NCBI RefSeq assembly: GCF_001447785.1
Contig: NW_015165837.1
Span: 1,227,368-1,291,367, forward strand
Source of the DNA: Gekko japonicus
Taxonomy: Eukaryota
Reading direction: 5' to 3'
DNA: 64,000 nt
Position numbers and translations under genes: made by a program
Notes under the pieces: model-generated
Databases searched by the model: none
What the model was told of the DNA's origin: nothing
What the model saw: the letters and a program-made list of their open reading frames with translations, nothing else
Part shown: one piece after another, positions 25,966-37,914 of the stretch
Layout: the number at the start of each line of letters is the position of its first letter
Position numbering within the stretch: position 1 is the stretch's first letter

Positions 25966-27341
25966 CTACCAAACCATATACACCAATTAATGTCTCTGAA
26001 TATAACGAAGCTTGCAGACAATTAAGCAGACAGTCATCTTCAATTTTTCCCATCTTTACAGTTTTTGTTAAGTTTGTAGTCTACTTTTGCTCAAACACAG
26101 CAGGCAGGTAATATATAAATGCATTTTACAAACTCCCAAAATTGCTTGCATGTACAAAGGAAGAAGTGCAAGACCCTTGCTTTATAATCATTAATACCCA
26201 ATTAACTTAAAATATTTTTCAAACTAATTAAAATAGATTTCATCTTTTGCATTTTCCAAAAGGCAAAAAAAAAAATGCAGGCTATATAAATAACAGGACA
26301 ACCCGCATTTGTGAAGTATCATAGCAAAGGTTCCAATCCATTCTCCTTTGTTGCCCTATACCTGGAATACTCTCACAGATCATCTACACAGTGCTTTCAT
26401 TCTCTTCCGTCAAACCCTACCTGAAAACCAAACCCTACTCTCACCTCTTTCCACCCATTATTCTCCTCTGAATTCCAAAAGTGAACTTCATGGGCCAGAG
26501 ATTTATCTATTGGGCATCTAATTTGTTTTGCTTATGCTGTTCTATAAATCAGCACAAATACGGATAAAACTTATACACTGATAAAAAGTACTGAAATAAA
26601 AATGTATAGCTAAGGGGTGGGATCCTATACCTTTTCTACTGATTCAACTAGCCTTTTCAACTCCTGGAAAGGCTGTAATGGGGATCATACAACAACACAC
26701 ACAAGATGGGGTTAGAGCAAGGAGAGGAATTGGAATCTCCTTTGCCCCTCTTCTGCTTGCAGAAAAGCTGGCAGAGGTCATTGTCTGGTAATGGAAACCA
26801 AACTGTTTGGCCACTGGAACGTGTTGGCCACTGTGGGCGAGACAGTATGCTGGACTACACGGACCATTGGTCTGATCCAGCAGGGCTCTTCTTATACTCT
26901 GAATTCCACCAAAACACCCCTCATATTGTTCCTGAGGACCTACTGTCACTAGGAATAGCATTTTATGGCTCTCAGCAGGCTGCAGCACGAGGTAGGAAAA
27001 TGATTTTGTTGACTGGAGTTTCTTACATTAGTAGAAAATTACTACTGAATCAACCCAATGAGATGCAGAAAGTACATATCCTAGGATGCATTCTCTGCTG
27101 CAGGTGAGTGTATTTGATTTTCTGGGACAATTACTACTGTGCCTGTGGTGGTGCTAATGCTGGCTATTGTGCTTCAGTATGATGACAGCACTTTGTCTGG
27201 ATGCAAGTTTAGACTTCAAAACCTTCTCTCATAAACTGTTCTGTTGATGCACGTGGGTCATCCATCTCTAGAATTAATGCCACCAAAAAAGCAGATCCAA
27301 ATTAAATATAAAAAAGCCTTACAAAAGATGCTCTTACTTAC

Positions 27342-27416
27342 AGGTTCATTCAGCTCAATTGTTGCATTTTTTCCATCTCCATCTGACAGAAAGAAATATT
27401 TCCCAGATGGGTGTAT
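27342..27416 (-). CDS. RPA3: RPA3 coding exon 2, 75 nt
   Basis: [35 protein letters not shown]. Confidence 0.95.
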
Positions 27417-28267
27417 CTACAAAGACGTAAAAGCATATCACTTTCAAAAGACTTTTACTCATACAGAAAAATAGCAAACATCAAGAACAGTAACTTTATT
27501 AGATCTATGAATGCCTGCCATTGTCTTACAAAATAACATCCAGTTTGTTTCATAAAGTAACATCAAGTAACCATACAGTTGTGGAAGTAGCCATATTTGA
27601 CCAGCACTATGAGCAACAGATACCAGATCACTCTTTAAATGCTTCTATCCATAACCAGACATATTGTAAGGGTAAAATGTAAGAGAGGAAAACTACACAC
27701 ACTCATTTGAGCTCATCAGAGAAAGGGCATGATAAAAATTTAGCATAACAGAAATTTCACATAATAGAGCATTTACTCTGCAGCAATCTACTCCACATGA
27801 TTCCTAAAGATCTTTAGATTTAAAATGTTTTTCTTTCAGAACTGCCTTATAAGCAATTCAAAAGAGAGCCAAGCAGCACATGGAAGTGGCAAACTGAGCA
27901 CAGTTTTAAGTCCATGCATATAAACAGGATGCAGGTCAAAAGCAAACCTAACATAATGCCTTTCACTAGGACTAACAAAAATGACACAAAACAGTGTGCA
28001 AGCTTTCAGATTCTCCAAAACGTTTCATCTCTCCGTGTTCTGTCAACACAGTCCTCCACACTTACCTGAGAATAAGTTCCGTTAATAAGAGTGGGACTTC
28101 CTAGAATTCCTAGAAACTCCGAAGAAAGAACTAAAACCCCGAACAGCGAAAACGTCACCAGCCCACACGTTTAGCGGGTTTTCTCAAGGCAAAAACAGGG
28201 GCATTATTAGTACGCCAGAAGCAAGGATCCAAAAACAACAGTCGTCCTTGTATAATAGGGACAGGTA

Positions 28268-28392
28268 GATAGATCAAGATGAGTAGCCGTGTTAGTCTGT
28301 AGCAGTAGAAAAGAGAAAGAGTCCAGCAGTACCTTAAACACTAACAAGATTTGAGGCAGGGTAGAAGCTTTCGTGAGTCACTGCTCACTTCG
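28268..28392. mobile_element. Penelope-like fragment in RPA3 intron 1
   Basis: GTAGCCGTGTTAGTCTGTAGC...GAGTCCAGCAGTACCTTAAACACTAAC...GCTTTCGTGAGTCACTGCTCACTTC. Confidence 0.6.
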
Positions 28393-28466
28393 TGGGCCCA
28401 GCCGAGACCTTCCTCAGCAGCGCTTACAGCCAAGAAGAGAATAAACTGTCAAGATGAAACCCTTAC

Positions 28467-28565
28467 CTTTTCCACACGCCCCACGAAACAGACGGCTTTC
28501 CCAATGTACTGCGCCAGGTGACTTGTGGCTATGCGAGGCCGAGGCCCTTCAAACACGTCTGCCAT
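28467..28565 (-). CDS. RPA3: RPA3 (replication protein A 14 kDa, OB fold) coding exon 1, 99 nt
   Basis: MADVFEGPRPRIATSHLAQYIGKAVCFVGRVEK /GTAAGG. Confidence 0.95.
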
Positions 28566-29120
28566 GACAAAGTACCGGCGCTTTACTCAGACCAGTATTG
28601 GCGGGAAACCTCTACTTCCGCTTTCCCGAAGACCTCTGGCGAGTTACCACCACAACAGAGACGCGTGGAACCCTAACGCTTCCTGCCGAAGCATCACCAA
28701 TCATCTGCAAGAATTTTCGATATGCGGCAGCTGTGCCGGTAACGTCATTTCCGAGTAGCGAAGACTGCGACGCGCAGGAGCTCTTGCGCATGCGCGCGCG
28801 CTATTTCTTGTGTCTCCAAGGTTACTTTCGTTTAGTCCTTAGGATACGTCTATTGTGAACCCGGAAGTGAAGGTTTTGAGGGGGAGAAAGCGGCAGCTGA
28901 AGGTAGGTATATGGGAATAAGGAGAATTAAATTGAATGCTACTGTGGTGAAAATCAGAAATTGGCATAGCCCTCATGAACTATATGAGGTGCCTCACTTT
29001 AGGAGCTTGAAGACGGAAGCCGTTATTTGTTGAGTTAAGGGTTGGGGGTATGCGCATGCGCATTTTCTATTTTGGTTGTGACGCAGTGACATGCCTTGCT
29101 GGCGGAGGGGCGGGGTCGTT
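28566..29120. promoter_or_regulatory. Bidirectional CpG-rich promoter RPA3/UMAD1
   Basis: E2F site TTGGCGGGAAA 28598-28608; ETS ACTTCCG at about 28614 and CCGGAAGT at 28861; NRF1 TGCGCATGCGC at 28785 and 29051; GC box at about 29107. Confidence 0.85.
28860..28902 (+). other. UMAD1: UMAD1 putative non-coding exon 1 (start approximate)
   Basis: Strong donor AAG/GTAGGT at 28902/28903, just downstream of the ETS motif. Confidence 0.6.
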
Positions 29121-30634
29121 TCTTATACGCTCCTTGATTAGCCTACTTGTGACCTAGTATTCCTTTCTGAATTCTGGAGAGGCCTAATTTATCTTAGTTC
29201 AGGTTTTTAAGCGGGGCTGGTTGCGGCCTTTACTGTGTTGATTCACTTCGACGTGAGGCTTGCCCACTGTGATCTTAGTCTTGCATGCAAGGGCAAGAGG
29301 GAGACCCAGCATGAGAGGGATTGACCCGGTAAAGGAACCCCGGCCTTCAGTTTGCAAGACCTGAGCAAGGTTCTTACGCATAGGACGTTTTGGAGATCAT
29401 TAATCCGTATAGCCGCCATAAGTAGTAAGCGACGTGACGACGTTTAACACGCACACAAGGCCTGCCTAACTGAACTCAGTGGCATGTGTTTCCGAATAAA
29501 CATGCGATTGGCAATAACGTTACGTTTTGAAAGATTTCTTCTGGGGTGTTTAAGCATATAAACTAGTGTAAGGAGTGGATCTGAAAATGATATTGGCTAA
29601 TGCCCTAAGTAGAAAGACAGATCTTGTGATTTTTCTAATCATGAATGTAAGTCATTTATGTGGCCCTACATCAGACCTTACGCTACACGTGTAAACAATT
29701 AGTTGGTTCTAGCTGTATGCGCAGTAAAATGTAAGAGCCCCCACTGCAGATAATGTTGTGCTCAGTTGGTAACTGATTTGCTAGAACTCCTTTCCGTGAA
29801 TAGAATATCCTAAGATGCAGGTTCCCCCCCCCCATACACAGAAAATTGTTACACTTTTCCACTTACGTGAGGCATGAAAAAACAAATGCAAAGTTATTTA
29901 TTTAAAACCTAACTTGCCTTTTCTGCTGAGTCCTCAGTTAGTTTGGCTCTTTGGTATTGTGATCCTGATTTATTTACATGGAAGTGAACAGCATTGAAAA
30001 CAGTGGGATTTACTGCCCGGTAAACTATTCAGGGTTTGTCTGGAATGAGTTTTTAAAACACTTCTGTACAGGATTTGTATTTCCGCTGGTACTGAATTTT
30101 TTGCCTGAGAATAAAAGCTTGTGGTCTGTTATTTCCACCGTTTGCTCATAGTCTATAGTAGCTGCTCAAGCACATTTACAAAATGTAATATTTTTTTTTG
30201 CTTTATCTTGATGGTACATATTTGCAGTAGTTGTCTGTAGTAGGGATTTGTATTCTTGAGAGAGAGGGGGGACCACTTTTTTTGTATATTTCCCTTGCTT
30301 GATCACTGCCAGCAGTTCTTATTTGTTACTTGTTCAAGGCAGGTAGTTTTTACAAACAATAGAAATTGTTAGGATAGAAATTAGGCCCAGATTTCCTTTC
30401 TTCTGCCTGAGTTGCAGTCCTTTTCAAACACGTTATTCCATGCCCATTTTTATCTGTCCTCTGTATTCCTCTGCATGGCCTTCTTCTCGTCCCTTCTCTG
30501 CCACACTGTTGCTCTGAATCATGAGTCCAGGTTTTCAGTACAAATGTTTATTAGCTGAAAAGATATTGATGTAGCCAAGTACCGCTAAATGAAGACTAGT
30601 TGGTGTCAGCTATGGGGGGGCATAGAGCAAAGAT

Positions 30635-30668
30635 CTCTCTACGTTTGTAAACTCTCTACGTTTGTAAA
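30635..30668. repeat. 17-bp tandem duplication
   Basis: CTCTCTACGTTTGTAAA x2. Confidence 0.85.
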
Positions 30669-30994
30669 AAAACGTTTGCAATCCTAGGAAAAAATCTTGT
30701 AAAAAGAAACATCTGTTCCTGGAGGGGGGCATTTAGTAAGACACAGATGACTGCTGCTTCATATGTTATGAGATTTGACATGGGTAGTACTTCTGTGTAA
30801 CATGCATGCAGTCATGAGTAATTAATGACTGCATTTAGGCATGTAGGCACACTACGATTGGATTTGGCTTTCTATTGGATGCATACCACATGTATACACA
30901 GTGAATAACAGTAGCTATGATCTACGTGGTGATTTGAAGGGTTCACAGTTCTTTATTTACATGATTGTATTATTCCTTCAAGCAACCCTGTAAT

Positions 30995-32367
30995 GGCTCC
31001 TGTCACACGGGCCGGAAAATGCGGGGGGGAAGCGTGGCTGTTTGCCCCAGAGCAAAATAACGCGCGGCTGCGCAATCAGATGTCCTGTTGAGGTCCCATG
31101 GTTAGGGGGGAGGTGCTGATCACACGGGTTTAACCCAGGGCTGCAGAGGAATGCAAACTGTGTCCTCCGTCTGGTTCCCTCCAGGAGGAGCTTCAGCTGG
31201 GCCGCCCTCCCGCCACGCCCCCCCTGCACCTTCCCCTCTGCTGCCCAGTGCAGAGAGTTCCTCTCGAGCAGGCCGAGCCAGGAGTGGGGGGGTACGGAAA
31301 AGAGGAGGGGCTGTGTTTGTTTTTAAACGAAGTGTGCGCATGCGCCATTGGGTGCTTGTGTGCATCCCGTGGAGACTTGGAAAAAAAANNNNNNNNNNNN
31401 NNNNNNNNNNNACGAAGGAGGGGGTGCGCAGGCTCGCAACACCCCCCCAGGGGCCTGGCGAAGGGACCCTGGCCATGGAACTTTTAAGAGGTTGCCTCTT
31501 TGATGGCGGAATGCCGGAGAATTGAGACGCCTCTTTGTTCCAACGGTTCTCCATGCTGTGAGACCAAATGGACTTAGTGACGCTGACCGGGGCAAGCGTA
31601 GGAGATCGAGCGGCAGAAATGAAATGAAAGCGAGGTCAAATGACCAATTATGAACGTGAGTCAGTTTTGAAGCGTTTTGTAAAGGGAAAAAGATAGCTCC
31701 CCACCCCACCGAACGGGTAAGCCTATGTTTGACTCAGTTTATAATGTGATTAATGATGGGAAGACTTGATGTAACTAAGCTAGTAGGAGGATCTCCTCTC
31801 TTGGGTTTTTAGTCAGTAGTGGGTTCTTTACTTTATCCCGTAATTGTAGTTTCCCCTCCCTTTTCTTCTGTTATAGTTTTTGTAGTGTTATAAAAAAACA
31901 ATAAAAAAATCCCCTCCGGGGGCTCAAAAAAAGAAGAAGAAGTAAGTCATGCACCGCGGGAGGGAGGGAGCGTCGTCGTGACAAGCCGTGGCCGTCCTAG
32001 GGTGGCCACCAATGCGCCCTCTAAACTGCAGTCTTGCGAGCAAAAATCCGGTGAGCTCCTGGCATTAAAGTGGTGAGTGAGCCATTTGGCCGCTGCATCA
32101 ATCAGTTTGCTCTGGAGCCACATCCCTTCCTGAGCGGAGACAAAAAACGTGTGAACCGGAAACGCGATCAGACGCCCGCCCTTGCCCCGCGGTTTCCGGA
32201 AACTAGTACCTCGGAGGTACTAGTTTTTTAAGCCACATCTTCGGCGGGAAGCCTCGGGTTCGCCACGGGAGCTCTACGCTTCCCAGATGTTGCGGTGTGA
32301 TCGCACCCGGAAAATCCGCCTATCTTCCATCTCTGTAGCGTGGCTAATGCTCCGTGTAACCGCAGCC
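30995..32367 (+). mobile_element. GC-rich non-autonomous DNA transposon (PIF/Harbinger-like), long copy with internal inserts and a gap (31389-31411)
   Basis: TIRs GGCTCCTGTCACACGG / CCGTGTAACCGCAGCC; both ends homologous to 44666-45175 in the opposite orientation. Confidence 0.7.
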
Positions 32368-34064
32368 ATTGTCCGTCAATATTAGCCTCATCTTGTAGAT
32401 AACAGGAGTGGGAGTGCTGAAGCTAGTTTCCCTAAGGTGTAGTGAACTACTGAGGCTAAAACTGAACTACCACTAGAAGCAGTTATCACTGCTGGCTTGC
32501 CTGTCACTTCTCTGGCCACCAGCAAAAGGAGAAGAGGGCCTTCCTAAAGGGGAAACAGATAACTGCCCCAAGGGCAAGGAAGCTGCTGCCACTGCTCAGT
32601 TGTTCACCCGCCCGGTCAAACAGTAACCTCTAGGAGGAGGAGGAGTAATAATTCTCATATGGCAGTGTGTGTAAGAGATCCTAAGATTATCTGGCAGCCA
32701 GAAGTTCTAGCTCTTTTAGTGTTATACACCACTAGGTGGCTAGCTGGACTTTTGTTTAAGGCAAGATATGTTTCAGTGGTGGTTTGCCACCTCCTTCCTC
32801 TGTGTCACACCCCTGGTATTCCTTTGAAGGTCACCCATCCAAATACTAGCTGGGGCCAACCCTGCTTCTGAGATCTGATGAGATCAGGCTAGCCTAGGCT
32901 ACTACTGCTGCTTACATATCACCTAGCCATTTTCTTGAGGCAGTGGCTCCTAGTTGCCATACCGGCTCATGTTGGTGAACAAACACCAATAAGCAGTTGT
33001 CACTGCCTGGCCATTAGAGCAAAAGGTTAAGAGGAGCCACTGAATACTGCTGGTACATGCACCAAAAGAGGGAGATGGGCCCAATCTCCTGGACAGAATG
33101 GGATCAAGTATGACTTTGGGCCCTCCCAGAGCCTTGGCCAAAAGATGCCAGTGTGTGACACCACCCCTGGGGTTTTTGTCCCCAAAGTAAACACCAGCCT
33201 TAGAGAAAGAAAATGCAGCAGTATGTTTTCCACATCCAAAGCTCTCTTTTCCCTTAAAGCTTAGCATTGAGGAAAGGGGGGGTGATTTATTTGAATCAGC
33301 ATAGACTAACAGACTATTGGTTTCTTCCAAATCGAAGTCTGAGCAACTCATTTTGAGGACAGGATTTGGATTTGAACGCAGATGTGGTATCAGTGGGTTT
33401 TTGAGGGAGCAAACCATTAATTACTCCCCACGCGCACACAGTGTCTGACACCAGTGCAGTGCCCTCAGTTGGTAAGAATTGTCTACTTCTAATCTCTGTG
33501 GGATTTTGGGGCATAGATGGAGGTGGGTGGTTGAACCTGCCCCATACTATTTTTATGCAAGTGTCAAGGAATTCTACTGTTTATGGAGGCTTTCTTTCCT
33601 ATGTTGCTTGATCCACCCTTAGTTGACTAATTAACTAAAATACATTTTCAGTGCTCCTCTGAAATTTTCCATTGGAAAAACTGGAAAAATCCTCAGAAAA
33701 AAATGGGAGGGGTAAATTGCATTTTTTAAGTCCTTCAGATCTCTAGTGCAATCACATCACATTAATTTCATGCAACCCCCCCAACACAATCAGTCCCCTC
33801 CCCTCTAAAAAGAACCATTAACAAAAGCTAATTGTGTGCTTTTCTTCAAATGGTATCTGTTCCATTTCCACACAAACACGGAATTAGACACAGAACATAA
33901 AGACAGAAATTTCTCCCATTAGAAACATGTATAACCAGAACACTTACCAGATAATTATTTTCTCCTTCTCAGAAACAAATTGAATTTTCATTATGACATC
34001 TTTAATGCTACATGTACACCCCTGCCCATATTTTTAAAAAAACCAGCCCGAAAACTTTAGTTAA

Positions 34065-34260
34065 TTTGTTTATACCCCACCTTTCTCCCCAGTAGGGATC
34101 CAAAGTGGCTTCCATCATTCTTCTCTCATCCTATTTTATCCTCACAACAACTCTGTGAGGTAGGTTAGGCTGAGAGAGTGTGATTGGCTCGAGCACAAGT
34201 GGGGATTTGAACCTGGGTCTTCCAGATACTAGTCTGACACTATTAACCACTATACCATAC
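34065..34260 (-). mobile_element. SINE
   Basis: TTTATACCCCACCTTTCTCCCC...ATCCTCACAACAACTCTGTGAGGTAGG...GGATTTGAACCTGGGTC...AACCACTATACC. Confidence 0.7.
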
Positions 34261-34771
34261 TATGAAATATGTTCTTTTTTTAGAATGAGTTAACTGCTTC
34301 TCAAGGCATAAATTTTTATGTTCAAAATGTATAGCATGAAATAGTCTGAGGCCTTTTCAGTTTTTCCAATAGATAAATTAGGAAATTTGGTGGAACACTG
34401 AAAAAACTACCTAGGGAATATTTTCCATATTTGAGTGTAAAAAAACTTGTCTTAAAAAGTATTTCACTCATCTCATATGTATAGCATGGAAGAGTCTGAG
34501 GACTTTCTCAGTTTTTCCAGTGGAAAATTTGGGAGTGCGTGGGGGGCCCTCTTATTCCTGAGGACTGGAAGGTGGCTAATGTCACTCCTATCTTTAAAAA
34601 GGGTTCCAGAGGAGATCCAGGAAATTACAGGCCAGTCAGTCTGATGTCAATATTGAGTAAGTTGGTGGAAACTGTTATTAAGGAGAGAATTAGTAGGCAC
34701 ATTGATGAACAAAAACGATTGAGGCAGACTGAGCATGGGTTCTGTAAGGGAAGATCTTGTCTTACTAACCT

Positions 34772-37700
34772 GCCACCCAAGACAGACAGGCCACAGCAGA
34801 GAACTCAGACCAAGAGTGATCCCCTGGAGAAGGAAATGGCAACCCACTCCAGTATTTTTGCCAAGAAAACCCCATGGACAGTATCAAAAGGCTAAAAGAT
34901 ATGATGCCAGAAGATGAGCCCCTCAGGTTGGAAGGTGTCCAATATGCTACTGAGGAAGAGCAGAGGGCAAGTACAAGTAACCCCAGAAAGAGTGAAGGCG
35001 GCTGAGCCAAAGCCGAAAGGACGCTCAGTTGTGGATGTGTCTGATGGTGAAAGGAAAGTCCGATGCTGCAAAGAACAATACTGCATAGGAACCTGGAATA
35101 TAAGATCTATGAATCAAGGTAAGCTTGACGTGGTCAAAAATGAGATGGCAAGACTGAACATCGATATCTTAGGAATCAGTGAACTAAAGTGGACAGGAAT
35201 GGGAGAATTTAACTCAGAAGACCATTATATCTACTACTGTGGCCAGGAATCTCATAGAAAAAATGGTGTGGCCTTTATAGTCAACAAGAGAGTGCAAAAG
35301 GCAGTACTGGGATACAATCTCAAAAATGACAGAATGATTTCTGTCCGATTCCAAGGCAAACCATTCAACATCACAGTAATCCAAGTCTATGCCCCAACCA
35401 CTGATGCAGAAGAGGCTGAAGTGGACCGGTTCTATGAAGACCTACAACACCTCCTAGAACTAACACCAAAAAATGATGTCCTCATCATCATAGGGGACTG
35501 GAATGCTAAAGTAGGAAGTCAAAAGGTAACTGGAATAACAGACAAGTTTGGCCTTGGAAAGCAAAATGAAGCAGGGCAAAGGTTAACAGAGTTTTGTCAA
35601 GAGAACACACTGGTCATAGCGAACACCCTTTTCCAACAACCTAAGAGGCGACTCTACACATGGACATCACCAGATGGGCAACACCGAAATCAGATTGACT
35701 ATATAATTTGCAGTCAAAGATGGAGAAGCTCTATTCAGTCAGTAAAAACAAGACCTGGAGCTGACTGTGGTTCAGATCATGAGCTACTCATTGCAAAATT
35801 CAGACTTAAACTGAAGAAAATTGGGAAAACCACGAGGCCATTCAGGTTTGACCTAGATCGCATCCCTGATGAATATACAGTAGAGGTGAAGAATAGATTC
35901 AAGGGTCTGGATTTGATAGATAGAGTGCCTGAAGAACTATGGACAGAGGTTCGTGACATCGTACAGGAGGCAGCAATCACCACCATACCAAAGAAAAAGA
36001 AATGCAAGAAAGCAAAATGGCTTTCTGATGAGGCTTTACAAATAGCAGAGGAAAGAAGGAAAGCGAAAGGCAAAGGCGAAAAGGAAAGATTTACCCAACT
36101 GAACGCAGATTTCCAGAGAACAGCAAGGAGAGATAAGGAGGCCTTCCTGAATGAACAGTGCAAAGTAATAGAAGAAAACAATAGAATGGGAAGGACTAGA
36201 GATCTCTTCAAGAAAATTGGAGAAATCAAGGGAGCGTTCCATGCAAAGCTGGCCATGATAAAGGACAAAAACGGTAGGGACCTAACAGAAGCAGAAGAGA
36301 TTAGGAAAAGATGGCAAGAATACACAGAAGAACTATACAAGAAAGACCTCAATGTCCTTGACAAACACGACGGTATAATCACTGACCTTGAGCCAGACAT
36401 CCTGGAATGTGAAGTTAAATGGGCCTTAGAAAGCATTACTAACAACAAAGCTAGTGGAGGTGATGGTATTCCAGCTGAGCTATTCAAAGTCTTAGAAGAT
36501 GATGCTGTTAAAGTTCTGCACTCCATTTGCCAGCAAATTTGGAAAACGCAACAGTGGCCACAGGATTGGAAAAGATCAGTATACATTCCAATCCCAAAGA
36601 AGGGCAATGCCAAGGAATGTTCAAACTATCGCACAATTGCACTCATATCACACGCTAGCAAGGTCATGCTCAAGATCCTACAAGCTAGGCTTCAACAGTA
36701 CGTGGATAGAGAACTACCAGAAGTACAAGCTGGGTTTCGAAGAGGTAGAGGAACGAGAGATCATATTGCCAACATTCGCTGGATTATGGAGAAAGCAAGA
36801 GAGTACCAGAAAAATATCTACTTCTGCTTCATTGACTATGCTAAAGCCTTTGACTGTGTGGATCACAACAAACTATGGCAGGTCCTTAAAGAGATGGGAG
36901 TACCAGACCACCTCACATGTCTCTTGAGAAACCTGTATAAGGGCCAAGAAGCGACAGTTAGAACCGGATACGGAACAACTGATTGGTTCAGCATAGGAAA
37001 AGGAGTACGACAAGGATGTATACTGTCACCTTGCTTATTTAATATATATGCAGAGTACATCATGCGAAATGCTGGCCTGGATGAATCACAAGCGGGAATT
37101 AAGATTGCTGGGGAAAAGATCAACAACCTCAGATATGCAGATGATACCACTCTAATGGCTGAAAGTGAAAAGGATCTAAAGAGCCTCTTGCTCAGAGTAA
37201 AAGAGGAGAGCGCAAAAGTGGGCTTGAAGCTCAACATCAAAAAAACTAAGATCATGGCATCCGGCCCCATCACTCCTTGGCAAATAGAAGGGGAAGTCGT
37301 GGAAGTAGTGACAGACTTCACGTTCCTGGGATCCCAGATCACCGCAGACTGTGACTGCAGCCATGAAATTAAAAGACGCCTGCTCCTTGGGAGGAAAGCG
37401 ATGGCGAACCTAAACAGCATGATAAAAAGTAGAGACATCACCCTGCCAACAAAAGTCCGCATGGTCAAAGCAATGGTATTCCCAGTAGTCATGTATGGCT
37501 GCGAGAGCTGGACTATAAGGAAGGCCGAGCGCCGAAGAATAGATTCTTTTGAACTATGGTGCTGGAGAAGACTCTTGAGAGTCCCTTGGACTGCAAGAAG
37601 AACAAATCAGTCAATCCTCAAAGAAATCAACCCTGACTGTTCCCTGGAAGGCCAGATAATGAAACTGAAGCTCAAATACTTTGGCCACCAAATGAGAAGG

Positions 37701-37914
37701 GAGCACTCACTGGAGAAGACCCTGATGCTGGGAAAGATTGAAGGTCAAAGAAGACGGGGACGGCAAAGGATGAGATGGTTAGACAGTGTCATAGATGCAA
37801 CAAACATGAAATTGAGCAAACTTCAGAGGATGGCGGAAGACAGGAGGGCCTGGCGGGATCTGGTCCATGGGGTCGCGAAGAGTCGGACTCGACTGTGCGA
37901 CTGAACAACAACAA
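34772..37914 (+). mobile_element. Near full-length RTE-BovB LINE (about 3.1 kb)
   Basis: BovB-type 5' segment GCCACCCAAGAC...GGAGAAGGAAATGGCAACCCACTCCAGTAT; 3' end GTCCATGGGGTCGCGAAGAGTCGGACTCGACTG and tail CTGAACAACAACAA. Confidence 0.95.
34914..37904 (+). CDS. BovB endonuclease/reverse transcriptase ORF, 996 aa, uninterrupted
   Basis: APE endonuclease motifs (IGTWNIRS, LGISE, GDWNAKVG, NQIDYI, SDH) and RT motifs (FIDYAKAFD, GVRQGCILSP, LRYADD, FTFLGS). Confidence 0.95.
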   Translation: MSPSGWKVSNMLLRKSRGQVQVTPERVKAAEPKPKGRSVVDVSDGERKVRCCKEQYCIGTWNIRSMNQGKLDVVKNEMARLNIDILGISELKWTGMGEFNSEDHYIYYCGQESHRKNGVAFIVNKRVQKAVLGYNLKNDRMISVRFQGKPFNITVIQVYAPTTDAEEAEVDRFYEDLQHLLELTPKNDVLIIIGDWNAKVGSQKVTGITDKFGLGKQNEAGQRLTEFCQENTLVIANTLFQQPKRRLYTWTSPDGQHRNQIDYIICSQRWRSSIQSVKTRPGADCGSDHELLIAKFRLKLKKIGKTTRPFRFDLDRIPDEYTVEVKNRFKGLDLIDRVPEELWTEVRDIVQEAAITTIPKKKKCKKAKWLSDEALQIAEERRKAKGKGEKERFTQLNADFQRTARRDKEAFLNEQCKVIEENNRMGRTRDLFKKIGEIKGAFHAKLAMIKDKNGRDLTEAEEIRKRWQEYTEELYKKDLNVLDKHDGIITDLEPDILECEVKWALESITNNKASGGDGIPAELFKVLEDDAVKVLHSICQQIWKTQQWPQDWKRSVYIPIPKKGNAKECSNYRTIALISHASKVMLKILQARLQQYVDRELPEVQAGFRRGRGTRDHIANIRWIMEKAREYQKNIYFCFIDYAKAFDCVDHNKLWQVLKEMGVPDHLTCLLRNLYKGQEATVRTGYGTTDWFSIGKGVRQGCILSPCLFNIYAEYIMRNAGLDESQAGIKIAGEKINNLRYADDTTLMAESEKDLKSLLLRVKEESAKVGLKLNIKKTKIMASGPITPWQIEGEVVEVVTDFTFLGSQITADCDCSHEIKRRLLLGRKAMANLNSMIKSRDITLPTKVRMVKAMVFPVVMYGCESWTIRKAERRRIDSFELWCWRRLLRVPWTARRTNQSILKEINPDCSLEGQIMKLKLKYFGHQMRREHSLEKTLMLGKIEGQRRRGRQRMRWLDSVIDATNMKLSKLQRMAEDRRAWRDLVHGVAKSRTRLCD

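Noticed and set aside
31000-32370. CpG island or promoter of an unannotated gene
   Set aside because: The CpG-rich tract is bounded by TIRs and has a homologous copy at 44666-45175, so a transposon explains it.
35777-37492. Long antisense ORFs (278 aa and 209 aa)
   Set aside because: Shadow frames of the BovB ORF with no independent protein features.
34772-37914. Bovine contamination
   Set aside because: The element is embedded in a reptile-type CR1 within contiguous host intron, and BovB is native to squamates.
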